From Faecousia sp. (GTDB lineage: Bacteria > Bacillota > Clostridia > Oscillospirales > Oscillospiraceae): 64,000 nucleotides of DNA. The stretch is from the NCBI GenBank assembly GCA_045654265.1, contig JAZONA010000033.1:3125-67124 (forward strand), written 5' to 3'. Numbering within the stretch: position 1 is the first letter of the stretch; every line of letters starts with the position of its first letter. Shown piece by piece: positions 48,529-59,279 of the stretch. Below the pieces are notes generated by a model. That model worked only from the letters and a program-made list of their open reading frames with translations. It made no database searches and was not told the DNA's origin. A program made the position numbers and the translations under genes.

Positions 48529-48732
48529 CGTAAATTACCTCACTTGCTAAAAATGATGATTTATTATAACCCATCAAGTTCCGTTTTGCAACGAAAATTT
48601 CACAGCTTCGGGATATTTTTCCGTTCTGCGTAAATATTCTGAAAACATTTTTGAAATTTGCAGAAATAATGGTTGTCAATTTGGCTGAGATATATTAAAA
48701 TAGGAGAGATTAGAAGGAAGGAGTGGAACATT

Positions 48733-49455
48733 TTGAATCATGTAAAATATAATCGTATCCTGCTGAAGGTCAGTGGCGAGGCTCTGGCCGGCGCTGAGGG
48801 TACCGGTTTGGATTTTACCATCCTGCACAGCGTTTGTGCTTCCATCAAGGAATGTGTGGATATGGGTGTGCAGGTTGGTCTGGTCATCGGCGGCGGTAAC
48901 TTCTGGCGTGGCGTGAAGAACGGCGCCGGTAAGCTGCAGCGTTCCCACGGCGATGCCATGGGCATGCTGGCAACGGTTATGAATGCTATTGCTGTGGCCG
49001 ACGTGCTGGGACAGCACGGTCTGGATGCCCGGGTGCTGACCGCCGTGGAGATGAACAAGTTTGCGGAGTACTTCACCCGCGACACCGCTGAGCGGTACTT
49101 AAACGAGGGTAAGGTGGTTCTCTTTGCCGCTGGTACCGGCAACCCCTATTTCTCCACCGACACCGGTGCGGTGCTCCGTGGCGTTGAGATCGAGGCGGAT
49201 GCCATCCTGATGGCGAAGAACGTGGATGCTATCTATTCTGCCGATCCCAAGAAGGATCCCAATGCGGTGCGCTACAGTGAGCTCACCTATGCAAAGGTGC
49301 TGGAGGACAACCTGAAGGCCACCGATATTACCGCCATGGCTCTGGCTATGGACAACGATATGACCATGGTCTGCTTTGGCCTGGACGAAGAAAACAGTAT
49401 TGTACGCGTGGTGCGGGGCGAAGCCATCGGCACCACCGTGAAAAATAAATTTTAA
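48733..49455 (+). CDS. pyrH: Uridylate kinase
   Basis: LLKVSGEAL, GGGNFWRG, MGMLAT, GTGNPYFSTD; TTG start after AAGGAG. Confidence 0.96.
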   Translation: MNHVKYNRILLKVSGEALAGAEGTGLDFTILHSVCASIKECVDMGVQVGLVIGGGNFWRGVKNGAGKLQRSHGDAMGMLATVMNAIAVADVLGQHGLDARVLTAVEMNKFAEYFTRDTAERYLNEGKVVLFAAGTGNPYFSTDTGAVLRGVEIEADAILMAKNVDAIYSADPKKDPNAVRYSELTYAKVLEDNLKATDITAMALAMDNDMTMVCFGLDEENSIVRVVRGEAIGTTVKNKF

Positions 49456-49469
49456 GGAGGACGCTCATT

Positions 49470-50024
49470 ATGGCAGTCGATTTTAAGGAATACGGAAGAA
49501 GAATGGATAAGTCTTTGGACCATCTGGCAGAGGAGTTCGGCGCTGTTCGTGCAGGCCGTGCAAATGCTAAGGTTCTGGACCGGATTACTGTGGAATACTA
49601 TGGTAGCGAAACAGCCCTGAACGGCGTAGCAACCATTTCCTCTCCTGATGCTCGTACTCTGGTGATTCAGCCCTGGGATACCAAGATCCTGAAGGACATC
49701 GCCAAGGCTATTCAGATGTCCGACCTGGGCATCAACCCCCAGAACGATGGCCGTGTCATCCGTCTGGTGTTCCCTCAGCTCACTGAGGAGCGCCGTAAGG
49801 AGCTGGCTAAGCAGGTTAAGAAGTACGCTGAAGAGGCCAAGGTGGCTATGCGTAACATCCGCCGTGACGGCATGGACTACGTCAAGAAGCTGAAGAAGAA
49901 TTCCGAAATCACCGAGGATGACCAGAAGAAGGCTGAGAAGGATCTGCAGGATATGCTGGATAAGTATATCAAGAAGGTTGACGAAGCCCTGGCCGCCAAG
50001 GAAAAGGAACTGATGGCGATCTAA
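49470..50024 (+). CDS. frr: Ribosome recycling factor
   Basis: RAGRAN, LGINP.NDG, P.LTEERRKEL, RNIRR. Confidence 0.97.
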   Translation: MAVDFKEYGRRMDKSLDHLAEEFGAVRAGRANAKVLDRITVEYYGSETALNGVATISSPDARTLVIQPWDTKILKDIAKAIQMSDLGINPQNDGRVIRLVFPQLTEERRKELAKQVKKYAEEAKVAMRNIRRDGMDYVKKLKKNSEITEDDQKKAEKDLQDMLDKYIKKVDEALAAKEKELMAI

Positions 50025-50102
50025 TTTATTTATTGTACGGGAGGGTCAAGGCCCTCCCATACGACTAATTCCCTTTATTATTCATAGAAAGAGGTGCGAT
50101 TT

Positions 50103-50825
50103 ATGGCACTTTCTGATATGCAAAAGCCTGAGCCGCCGAAGCATATTGCCATCATTATGGATGGCAACGGCCGCTGGGCAAAAAAGCGGGGTCTGCCTCG
50201 CACCGCAGGTCACAAGGCCGGCGGTGAAACCTTCCGCCGTATCGCCAATTACTGCCGTGAAATCGGCGTTAAGTACCTGACTGTGTATGCATTTTCCACT
50301 GAGAATTGGAAACGCTCGCAGGAGGAGGTTTCCGGCATTATGCTCCTGCTGGAGCGGTATTTGACCGAAGCTCTGCGTGATATGGAAAAGAACCGGGTGT
50401 GCTTTCACTTTTTCGGTGACCTGAGCCGGCTCAGCCCCAAGCTGCGCAAGCTCTGTGAGGACACCCAGAGCCGTTCCAATGAATACCATGAGGTGCAGGT
50501 GAATTTCTGCCTGAACTATGGTGGACGAGATGAGATCATCCGGGCTGCTCGTGCCTTTGCGGCAGATGTTGCAGCAGGCAAGCGCAGCGCTGACAGCCTG
50601 ACAGAAGCGGATTTCTCTGATTATTTGGATTCTGCCGGTGTCCCTGACCCGGAACTGGTGATCCGTCCTTCCGGAGAACTGCGTACAAGTAATTTCCTCC
50701 CCTGGCAGACGGCTTATTCCGAATTTGTGTTTATGAATGTATTGTGGCCGGATTTCTCTCCTGAGGATCTGGATGCGGCCATTGATGAATATCACCGGCG
50801 CAACCGCCGGTTTGGAGGAGCGTAA
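50103..50825 (+). CDS. uppS: Undecaprenyl diphosphate synthase
   Basis: HIAIIMDGNGRWA, YAFSTENWKR, IRPSGELRTSNF, RRFGG. Confidence 0.96.
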   Translation: MALSDMQKPEPPKHIAIIMDGNGRWAKKRGLPRTAGHKAGGETFRRIANYCREIGVKYLTVYAFSTENWKRSQEEVSGIMLLLERYLTEALRDMEKNRVCFHFFGDLSRLSPKLRKLCEDTQSRSNEYHEVQVNFCLNYGGRDEIIRAARAFAADVAAGKRSADSLTEADFSDYLDSAGVPDPELVIRPSGELRTSNFLPWQTAYSEFVFMNVLWPDFSPEDLDAAIDEYHRRNRRFGGA

Positions 50826-50831
50826 AGAAAA

Positions 50832-51653
50832 ATGAAGGTTAGAGCAATTGTGGCAGGTTGTACTTTGCCTCTTGTTATTATTATCCCACTGTTGTTGCCG
50901 AAAATTGTTACGGCCATTATTATGGGCCTCCTTTGCGCCATTGGTGCTTATGAGTTGATTAATTCCACCAAACTGGTGAAGAATAACCGTATGCTGTGGT
51001 ATTCTATGGCGGCTGCATTTTTGGTTACCCTATGGAGCTTTTTAGGATGTTCCCGGGCTGTGGCACTGGTGGTTATTTTGATGTTCCTTTCCTTGCTTTT
51101 TGTGGAAACGATGCTCAAGGATATGAAGATTTCCTTCAGCCGACTGTCTGTATGCATTGTTGGCGGACTGCTGATTCCCTATCTGCTGTGTTCCATCGTT
51201 CGGATTTTGATGATGACTGAGGGTCGTTTCTACGTTTTGATGCCCTTTGCCATTGCATTTTCTTCTGATTCCTTTGCTTATCTCACCGGTGTTAAGTTCG
51301 GTAAGCATAAGCTGGCTCCTACCATCAGCCCCAAGAAGTCTGTTGAAGGCCTGATTGGTGGTTTGCTGGCAGCCATTGTTACCATGCTGCTTTATGGCTT
51401 GGTGCTGCAGCTGTTCTGCAAGTTCCGGGTGAATTATCTGTTCGCAATTGTGTATGCTGTTGCCGGTACCGTGTTTGGCGTGTTCGGTGACCTGTGCTTC
51501 TCTGTTGTGAAGCGCCAGACCGGCATTAAGGACTACGGCAACCTGATTCCCGGTCACGGCGGTGTTTTGGATCGGTTTGACTCCATGGTATTTGTGGCAC
51601 CTATGGTGGAAGCATTCCTGATCCTGCTGCCCATGGCGGTAAAGGTGGGCTGA
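50832..51653 (+). CDS. cdsA: Phosphatidate cytidylyltransferase
   Basis: SPKKSVEG, GDL..S.VKR..GIKDYGNLIPGHGGVLDRFDS. Confidence 0.95.
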   Translation: MKVRAIVAGCTLPLVIIIPLLLPKIVTAIIMGLLCAIGAYELINSTKLVKNNRMLWYSMAAAFLVTLWSFLGCSRAVALVVILMFLSLLFVETMLKDMKISFSRLSVCIVGGLLIPYLLCSIVRILMMTEGRFYVLMPFAIAFSSDSFAYLTGVKFGKHKLAPTISPKKSVEGLIGGLLAAIVTMLLYGLVLQLFCKFRVNYLFAIVYAVAGTVFGVFGDLCFSVVKRQTGIKDYGNLIPGHGGVLDRFDSMVFVAPMVEAFLILLPMAVKVG

Positions 51654-51654
51654 T

Positions 51655-52800
51655 ATGGTAAAGTGCGTCAGTATTCTGGGGTCCACCGGCTCTATCGGTC
51701 GGCAGAGCCTGGACATTATCAGCCGTCTGGATGTTAAAGTTGTGGCGCTGACCGCCGGTACCAGCGTGGATATGATGGCGGAGCAGTGCCGCCAGTTTCA
51801 GCCGGAATTGGCAGTTATGGCTACGGAAGAAGCCGCTGCCGCTCTGAAAATGCAGATTTCTGATCTTCCCATCCGTGTCAGCTGGGGAGAGGAAGGACTC
51901 ATTGAGGCTGCTTCTATTGACAGTGCTGACTGCGTTATCACTGCGGTGGTGGGCATGGTCGGCCTGAAGCCCACCTTGGCTGCGATTCGTGCGGGGAAGC
52001 GTATTGGTCTTGCCAATAAGGAAACCTTGGTTTGCGCCGGTGAGCTGGTGATGGCTGAGGCGGAAAAGTACGGCACCGAGATCATCCCGGTGGACTCTGA
52101 GCATTCCGCCATTTTCCAGTGCCTCATGGGCAGCCGCTCTCCCAAGGAGATCAAGCGGCTGATTTTGACCTGCTCCGGTGGCCCCTTCTTCGGCATGACC
52201 CGTGAGCAACTGCAAAACGTCACCAAGGCGGATGCTTTGAAGCATCCCAATTGGAAGATGGGCGCAAAAATCACCATTGACTGCGCTACCCTGATGAATA
52301 AGGGTCTGGAAGTCATCGAAGCTATGCGGCTGTACCGCCTGCCTTTGGAGCAGGTGGATGTGGTGATCCATCGCCAGAGCATCGCCCACAGCTTTGTGGA
52401 GTTTGTGGATGGCGCCGTTATGGCGCAGTTGGGCGCACCGGATATGCGCTTGCCCATTCAGTTGGCGCTGACCTATCCGGAGCGAACTGTTTGCCCGGTG
52501 GATCCGCTGGATCTGACTAAGTGCGGTGCGCTGACTTTCTGTGAGCCGGATATGGAAAGTTTTCCTTGTCTGGCTCTGGCTCGTCACTGCGCCAAGCTGG
52601 GGGGCACCGCATGTGCAGTGATGAATGGTGCCAATGAAGAGGCGGTTGCACTGTTTTTGGATGATAAAATCGGTTTTTACGATATTTACAAGCTGGTTTC
52701 CGGTGCAGTTGAGGCGGTGCCCAATGTAATGGAGCCCACCTTGGAGGATATTCTGGAAGCGGATCAGCAGGCAAGAGCCTATGTCCGCAAGATGATTTGA
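51655..52800 (+). CDS. dxr: DXP reductoisomerase
   Basis: LGSTGSIG, ANKE, PVDSEH, HPNWKMG.KITID.ATLMNKGLE. Confidence 0.96.
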   Translation: MVKCVSILGSTGSIGRQSLDIISRLDVKVVALTAGTSVDMMAEQCRQFQPELAVMATEEAAAALKMQISDLPIRVSWGEEGLIEAASIDSADCVITAVVGMVGLKPTLAAIRAGKRIGLANKETLVCAGELVMAEAEKYGTEIIPVDSEHSAIFQCLMGSRSPKEIKRLILTCSGGPFFGMTREQLQNVTKADALKHPNWKMGAKITIDCATLMNKGLEVIEAMRLYRLPLEQVDVVIHRQSIAHSFVEFVDGAVMAQLGAPDMRLPIQLALTYPERTVCPVDPLDLTKCGALTFCEPDMESFPCLALARHCAKLGGTACAVMNGANEEAVALFLDDKIGFYDIYKLVSGAVEAVPNVMEPTLEDILEADQQARAYVRKMI

Positions 52801-52808
52801 GGGATTTC

Positions 52809-53873
52809 ATGTCTAACTTTTTGTCCATTGTTTTTGGTATTTTACTCTTTAGTTTTCTGATTTTCATCCATGAATTGGGACATTTTCTGGCGGCCAAGGC
52901 ATCCAAGGTGCAGGTTAATGAATTTGCTATGTTCATGGGCCCTGCAATTTTCAAAAAGCAGGTGGGTGAAACACTGTATTCCATCCGCTGCATTCCCATC
53001 GGCGGCTACTGCGCTATGGAGGGTGAGGATGAGGATACGGATAATCCCCGTTCTTTCCAAAAGGCTCGTTGGTGGAAGCGACTGATCATTTTGGCTGCAG
53101 GCTCTGCCATGAATTTCATTGCGGGCTTTCTGCTGTTTGCCATTGTCTTTGCGCCTATGAAGGAAGTGGTCACTCCGGTGATCGACAGCTTTGAGTCTTA
53201 CAGCACCATTGATGGTCTGCAGGTTGGCGATGAGATCCTGAAAATCGACGGAGAGCGGATCTACGTCAGCGATGATGTGACTTTGATCATTTCCCTGAAG
53301 GGCGGCGAAACCCACGATTTTTTGGTGCGCCGCAACGGTGAAAAGGTTCTCCTGGAAGATGTGAAGATGGAAGCGCACCTGACCAAGGATAAGAACGGCA
53401 ACGATGTGATGCGCTATGGCATGAACCTCCATACCGAGGATGCCAAATTTGGCAATAAACTGGCCTATATTTGGAATTACACCATTGACAATGTGCGAAA
53501 CACCCGGCTGAGCCTGCAAATGCTCGTTACCGGTCAGGCCAGCTTTAAGGATATGAGCGGTGCTGTTGGCATTGTGGATATGATGACCGATGTGGCTGCC
53601 AGCTCTCCCAGTTGGACGGATGCACTGTTGAATCTTTTGTATTTCGGTGGCTTTATTGCGGTGAATCTGGCGGTTATGAATCTTCTTCCTCTGCCAGCAT
53701 TGGATGGTGGACGCATTGTCGGTCTGATGCTGACGACCGTTATTGAAGCCATCACTCGCAAGAAGATCAATCCCAAATATGAAGGCTATATCCATGCAGT
53801 GGGCATGGTTCTGCTGCTGGCTCTGATGGCCGTGATTACGTTTAAGGACATTTTTACCATCTTTAAGGGGTGA
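52809..53873 (+). CDS. rseP: RIP metalloprotease RseP (M50 + PDZ)
   Basis: HELGH, IPIGGY, NLLPLPALDGG. Confidence 0.93.
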   Translation: MSNFLSIVFGILLFSFLIFIHELGHFLAAKASKVQVNEFAMFMGPAIFKKQVGETLYSIRCIPIGGYCAMEGEDEDTDNPRSFQKARWWKRLIILAAGSAMNFIAGFLLFAIVFAPMKEVVTPVIDSFESYSTIDGLQVGDEILKIDGERIYVSDDVTLIISLKGGETHDFLVRRNGEKVLLEDVKMEAHLTKDKNGNDVMRYGMNLHTEDAKFGNKLAYIWNYTIDNVRNTRLSLQMLVTGQASFKDMSGAVGIVDMMTDVAASSPSWTDALLNLLYFGGFIAVNLAVMNLLPLPALDGGRIVGLMLTTVIEAITRKKINPKYEGYIHAVGMVLLLALMAVITFKDIFTIFKG

Positions 53874-54916
53874 AAGCTATGACCAGACAAATTTCTGTAG
53901 GCGGTGTGAAAATCGGCGGCGGTGCCCCGGTTGTGATCCAGTCTATGCTCAATACCAAGACCACCGATGTGGAAGGCTCTTTGCAGCAGATTCGTGCGCT
54001 GGAAGCTGCCGGGTGTCAGATCGTACGGCTGGCTGTGCCTAACATGGAAAGTGCCCGGGGGTTTGCAGACATCTGCAAGGAAAGCCCTCTGCCGCTGGTG
54101 GCAGACATTCATTTTGATTATAAGCTGGCTATTGCTGCCGCTGAGGGCGGTGCATCCAAGATCCGTATCAACCCCGGCAATATCGGTGGGGAGGACCGGG
54201 TTCAGGCGGTGGTGGAGGTGTGCAAAGCACGGAATATCCCCATCCGCATTGGTGTCAATGGCGGTAGTTTGGATAAGAAATTGCTGGAAAAGTATGGCCA
54301 CCCCACGGCAGAAGCCTTGGTGGAAAGTGCGTTCCAACATCTGGAGCTGTTGGAAAAGTACGGATTTTATGATACCTGCGTATCTATGAAGTCCTCCACG
54401 GTGCCCACTATGGTGGCTGCTGCACGGCTGTTCCGCAGTAAATGCGATTACCCCATCCACATCGGTGTCACCGAAACCGGCCCGGTGCGTCAGGGTCTTA
54501 TCAAATCCGCTATGGGTATCGGTGCGCTTCTGCTGGATGGTATCGGCGATACTGTCCGTGTCAGCTTGACGGATGACCCGGTGGAGGAGGTCTATGCGGC
54601 AAAGGATATCCTGAAAGCCGCAGGACTGCGCAAGGAAGGCGTGAATATTATATCCTGCCCCACTTGCGGTCGGACTCGCATCGACCTGATTGGTTTGGTT
54701 AATCAGGTGGATGAGGCGCTGAAGGATTGCAAAAAGCCCATTACCGTAGCGGTCATGGGTTGCATTGTCAACGGTCCCGGCGAGGCTCGGGAGGCCGACA
54801 TCGGTATCGCCGGCGGCGACGGCTGGGGTACCATTTTTGAGAAGGGAGAGCAGGTGGAGAAGCTGCCTTATGAAGAATTGCTTCCTGCACTGCTCCGTAG
54901 AATCGAAGCACTATAA
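53870..54916 (+). CDS. ispG: HMBPP synthase
   Basis: QSM.NT, ADIHFD, RINPGN, CPTCGR, MGCIVNGPGE. Confidence 0.96.
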   Translation: MKAMTRQISVGGVKIGGGAPVVIQSMLNTKTTDVEGSLQQIRALEAAGCQIVRLAVPNMESARGFADICKESPLPLVADIHFDYKLAIAAAEGGASKIRINPGNIGGEDRVQAVVEVCKARNIPIRIGVNGGSLDKKLLEKYGHPTAEALVESAFQHLELLEKYGFYDTCVSMKSSTVPTMVAAARLFRSKCDYPIHIGVTETGPVRQGLIKSAMGIGALLLDGIGDTVRVSLTDDPVEEVYAAKDILKAAGLRKEGVNIISCPTCGRTRIDLIGLVNQVDEALKDCKKPITVAVMGCIVNGPGEAREADIGIAGGDGWGTIFEKGEQVEKLPYEELLPALLRRIEAL

Positions 54917-54923
54917 GGAGAAC

Positions 54924-57900
54924 ATGGAACATACTATTGGTTTTTTGAATATGTTTCCGGACTATGAGCCGCCTGAGGCGCTGAATGGCGTGTTTTCTCA
55001 GGCGGCCATTGTTGCTGCTGACCTTGACCCGGCAACACGGTGGATCGGTCTGGAGATTCGGCTTCCTGAATATGTTGCCTCCCGGTATTTTGATGATATT
55101 TGCGCCAATTTGCGTCAAATCTACGGATTGAAGGATGTGTCCATTGCTTATCAGTTTCCCACTGAGGAGCTGCATAAGATGCCTCCGGAGGATCTGCGGG
55201 ATTTGTTCGTGCAGGGCGATTCCATGGCTCGTGGTTCGCTGGCGGGTGCCCAATGGGTTTGGGAGGGGAATCACCTCCATGTAAAGCTGGTTGCCAACGG
55301 CAAGGATGCTCTTTTGAAGCAGGTCAAGCGGGTGGAGGATACGCTGCAGGCTATGTTTGGCACCAAGGTGGAGATCAGTATTGAAGCCGGTGCTGCTTTG
55401 GAAGGAAAGGCTCTGTTTGATGCTATGGAAAAGCTCCGCTATTCTCTGATCGAACAGATGCCTCAGCAGGCTGTACCGCAGCAGGAGCAAAAAGCTGCTG
55501 TTCCCGTTTCCAGTGACACCATTTTTGGCAAGCCTTTCCGGGGTAATATCACCCCCATGAAGGACATTGACCTGAATATGGGTACCGTCATTGTTGAAGG
55601 ACGGGTTTTTGCGGTGGAGCATAAGGAACTGCCTAAGCGCAATGCTGTGGTGGTTAAATTCGATATGACGGACAATACTTCGTCTGTCCGCATCAGCCGT
55701 TTCCTGGAGAAAAAGGAAGCGGAACCGATTATGAACAATGTCAAGGTAGGCTCGGTGATCCGTGTCACCGGCAGACTCCTTGTGGATAATTTCACCAATG
55801 AAATGGTGCTAAAGCCCAATGCTATCATGCCCGGTTCCATGCCCAAGCGGGTGGATACCGCCAAGGAAGGTAAGCGTGTGGAGCTGCACCTGCATACTGC
55901 CATGAGTAACATGGATGCGCTTACCAGCACCAAGGCTGCTATCAAGCAGGCGGCGGCATGGGGTCATAAGGCAATCGCCATCACCGACCACGGCTGTGTC
56001 CAGTCCTTTACCGATGCGTTGCACGTGGTTGAGGATTGGAAGGGCGCACCTAAGGTTGCCGGTACCGATGAAACCATCAAGATCCTCTACGGCTGTGAAG
56101 GTTACTATGTCAACGACGTGGACGATGTGGTTGCCGTGTATGGTGATCAGGATATGTCCTTTGAGGAAGAGTATGTGGCTTTCGATCTGGAAACCACCGG
56201 ACTTTCCTGCAAGGACGATACCATTATCGAGATCGGTGCGGTGATTATGAAGCGGGGAGAGGAAGTGGATCGCTTCCAGACCTTCGTGGATCCCCATCGG
56301 AAGCTCCGTCAGGAGATTGTTGATCTGACGGGTATCAGCGATGACATGGTCAAGGGTGCACCGGATCTGGAATCGGCGATCAAGGCGTTTTTGGACTTTG
56401 CAGGGGACCGGGTTTTGGTTGCCCACAATGCAGACTTTGATACTTCTTTCCTGTCTGCTGCCTGCAAAAAGCTGAATATTGACTATCCCTTTACGGCGGT
56501 GGATACCTTGGTTCTGTCCCAGAACCTGATGACGAAACTGAGCCGCCATAAGCTGAATATTTTGGCAGATGCCCTTGGTCTGCCGGAATTCAATCACCAC
56601 CGGGCTATGGCCGATGCGGTGATCTGCGGCACCATCATGGGTCGGTTTATGACCATGCTGGAGGAGAAGGGCGTGCATCGTCTGCAGGAGATTCCTGCTT
56701 ATGTGGCTTCCGTCCGTGGCGAAGTTCGTAGGGAGGATAAGTACGCACAGCACATCGTGCTGTTTGCCAAGAACCAGATGGGTTTGCGGAATCTCTATCA
56801 GTTGATTTCTGAAGCGAATCTGTATCACTTTAAGCGCTTCCCGCGGATTCTGAAATCCGAGCTGATCAAGCACCGGGAGGGCTTGATCATCGGTTCAGCA
56901 TGTGAAAACAACGAACTGTTCCAGGCTGTTCTCAAGGGAAAGAGTGACCGGGAATTGCGGCGTTTGGCTGCATTTTACGATTATTTGGAGGTTCAGCCCA
57001 TCTCCAACAACCGGTTTATGATCGAGGAAGAGCGGATGCCCGTCCACGATGACGAGGATCTGCGTAACCTGAACCGGAAGATCGTTGCATTGGGCGATGA
57101 ATTGGGGAAGATGGTAGTTGCCACCGGTGACGTGCATTTCCTGAATCCGGAGGATGAGATCTTCCGCCACATCCTGCTTGCCACCAAGGGATTCAAGGAT
57201 GCGGACAAGCCTAACCCCTTATACCTGCGCACCACGGATGAGATGCTGAAGGAATTCAGCTATTTGGGCGCCGAGAAGGCAAAGGAGATTGTTATTACCA
57301 ATCCCAATCTGGTTGCGGATATGTGCGACAATGTCCGCCCGGTGCCTCGCAACTTGTTTGCCCCCAGTATCGAGAATTCTGTGGAGGATTTGAAGAGCTT
57401 GGTCTACGGAAAATTCCATAGACTGTACGGCGAAAATCCTCCGGAATTGTTTGTGAAACGTGTGGAAACTGAGTTGAACGACATTATTAGCTGTCACTAC
57501 GATGTGATTTACATGTCCGCCCAGAAGCTGGTGCAGAACTCTCTGGAAAACGGCTACTTGGTGGGCTCCCGAGGATCTGTGGGTTCGTCTATTGTTGCGT
57601 ATCTGTCGGGCATCACGGAGGTTAATTCCTTCCCGCCTCACTATCGTTGCCCAAATCCGGAGTGTAAGCATACCATTTTGGAGGTGCCTAAGGGTTTCAA
57701 CTGCGGCGCGGATCTTCCGGATGCGGTATGTCCCAAGTGTGGCGCCAATTTAGAGAAGGACGGCTTTAACATCCCCTTTGAAACCTTCCTTGGTTTCGGC
57801 GGTGATAAGGTACCGGATATTGACCTGAATTTCTCGGGTGAGTATCAGGCAAGAGCCCATGCCTATTGTACCGAATTGTTTGGAAAATCCCACGTTTTCC

Positions 57901-59240
57901 GGGCTGGTACCATTGGTACTGTTGCGGAAAAGACTGCTTTCGGCTATGTAAAGAAGTACATGGAGGAGCATGGAAAAACGGCTCTTTCTGCTGAAATGAA
58001 CCGTTTGGCCTCCGGCTGTGTAGGCGTGCGCCGTACCACCGGTCAGCACCCCGGCGGTCTGGTTGTTATTCCTCAGGAAAATGAGATTTGGGATTTCTGC
58101 CCGGTTCAGCACCCGGCGGACGACCCCAATTCCGACCAGATCACCACACATTTTGAATACCACTCCATGGAGGAAAACCTCCTGAAACTGGACATGCTGG
58201 GTCACGATGACCCCACCATGATCCGCATGATGGAGGACATGACCGGTGTGGATGCCAAGACCATTCCGCTGGACGATAAGGACACCATGTCCATCTTCAC
58301 CTCCTCCAAGGTGCTGGGCTATGAGGATGACAAGCTCCTTGGCCCCACCGGCGCTGTTGCGGTGCCGGAGTTCAACACCCGGTTCACCCGTGGCGTTCTT
58401 TTGGATACCATGCCCACCAAATTTGACTTTTTGGTGCGAATTTCCGGTTATACCCACGGTACCGACGTGTGGCTGGGCAACGCCCGTGACCTGATTACCT
58501 CCAAGACCGCCACGGTGGACGGCACCATTGGCTGTCGTGACGATATTATGATCTACCTGATCTCCTGCGGCATGCCGGAGAAACGTGCGTTCAAGATCAT
58601 GGAGTCGGTGCGTAAGGGTAGAGGATTGCCCGACGGTGCGGAGCAGGAGATGATCGATGCCGGCGTGCCGGATTGGTACATCGGTTCCTGCAAGAAAATT
58701 AAGTATCTGTTCCCCAAGGCCCACGCCGTGGCATACGTTATGATGGCGTTCCGCATTGCGTGGTTTAAGGTGTATCACCCATTGGCTTTCTATGCGGCGT
58801 ACTTCTACCGCCGCAGTCAGAAGGGCGGCTTCGATGCCAACCTGATGACCCACGGCATGGACTCAGTCATGGCCAACATCGAGGCTATTGACAACAACGA
58901 AAATGCCACCGATAAGGATCAGGATCTGCTGACTACTCTGGAAGTGGTGTACGAATTCTACCTCCGTGGTCTGGAGTTTTTGCCCATCGACATTTACAAG
59001 AGCCACGCAACCAAATTCCTCATTGAAGATGGAAAGCTCCGTCCGCCCTTCGTTGCCATTTCCGGCCTTGGTGAAAACGCCGCCATCAGCCTGATGGAAG
59101 GCAGAGAGGGTAAGGATTTCCTCTCCATCGAGGAGGTGGCTCTGGCTTGCCCCAAGGTCTCCAAGACCCACATTCAAATGCTGAAAGACGCCGGTGCCTT
59201 CGGCAGCCTGCCGGACACCAGCCAGGTAACATTCTTCTAA
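54924..59240 (+). CDS. polC: DNA polymerase III PolC-type
   Basis: OB fold, PHP (HLHT, ITDHG), inserted DEDDh exonuclease (FDLETTG, HNADFD), GSRGSVGSS, PDIDLNF, YLFPKAHA; RBS AAGGAG before the ATG at 54924. Confidence 0.97.
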   Translation: MEHTIGFLNMFPDYEPPEALNGVFSQAAIVAADLDPATRWIGLEIRLPEYVASRYFDDICANLRQIYGLKDVSIAYQFPTEELHKMPPEDLRDLFVQGDSMARGSLAGAQWVWEGNHLHVKLVANGKDALLKQVKRVEDTLQAMFGTKVEISIEAGAALEGKALFDAMEKLRYSLIEQMPQQAVPQQEQKAAVPVSSDTIFGKPFRGNITPMKDIDLNMGTVIVEGRVFAVEHKELPKRNAVVVKFDMTDNTSSVRISRFLEKKEAEPIMNNVKVGSVIRVTGRLLVDNFTNEMVLKPNAIMPGSMPKRVDTAKEGKRVELHLHTAMSNMDALTSTKAAIKQAAAWGHKAIAITDHGCVQSFTDALHVVEDWKGAPKVAGTDETIKILYGCEGYYVNDVDDVVAVYGDQDMSFEEEYVAFDLETTGLSCKDDTIIEIGAVIMKRGEEVDRFQTFVDPHRKLRQEIVDLTGISDDMVKGAPDLESAIKAFLDFAGDRVLVAHNADFDTSFLSAACKKLNIDYPFTAVDTLVLSQNLMTKLSRHKLNILADALGLPEFNHHRAMADAVICGTIMGRFMTMLEEKGVHRLQEIPAYVASVRGEVRREDKYAQHIVLFAKNQMGLRNLYQLISEANLYHFKRFPRILKSELIKHREGLIIGSACENNELFQAVLKGKSDRELRRLAAFYDYLEVQPISNNRFMIEEERMPVHDDEDLRNLNRKIVALGDELGKMVVATGDVHFLNPEDEIFRHILLATKGFKDADKPNPLYLRTTDEMLKEFSYLGAEKAKEIVITNPNLVADMCDNVRPVPRNLFAPSIENSVEDLKSLVYGKFHRLYGENPPELFVKRVETELNDIISCHYDVIYMSAQKLVQNSLENGYLVGSRGSVGSSIVAYLSGITEVNSFPPHYRCPNPECKHTILEVPKGFNCGADLPDAVCPKCGANLEKDGFNIPFETFLGFGGDKVPDIDLNFSGEYQARAHAYCTELFGKSHVFRAGTIGTVAEKTAFGYVKKYMEEHGKTALSAEMNRLASGCVGVRRTTGQHPGGLVVIPQENEIWDFCPVQHPADDPNSDQITTHFEYHSMEENLLKLDMLGHDDPTMIRMMEDMTGVDAKTIPLDDKDTMSIFTSSKVLGYEDDKLLGPTGAVAVPEFNTRFTRGVLLDTMPTKFDFLVRISGYTHGTDVWLGNARDLITSKTATVDGTIGCRDDIMIYLISCGMPEKRAFKIMESVRKGRGLPDGAEQEMIDAGVPDWYIGSCKKIKYLFPKAHAVAYVMMAFRIAWFKVYHPLAFYAAYFYRRSQKGGFDANLMTHGMDSVMANIEAIDNNENATDKDQDLLTTLEVVYEFYLRGLEFLPIDIYKSHATKFLIEDGKLRPPFVAISGLGENAAISLMEGREGKDFLSIEEVALACPKVSKTHIQMLKDAGAFGSLPDTSQVTFF

Positions 59241-59246
59241 TGACAC

Positions 59247-59279
59247 AAAACAGCTCCGCAAACCTGCGGAGCTGTTTTT
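59247..59279. terminator. Bidirectional terminator
   Basis: AAAACAGCTCCGCA-loop-TGCGGAGCTGTTTT. Confidence 0.88.
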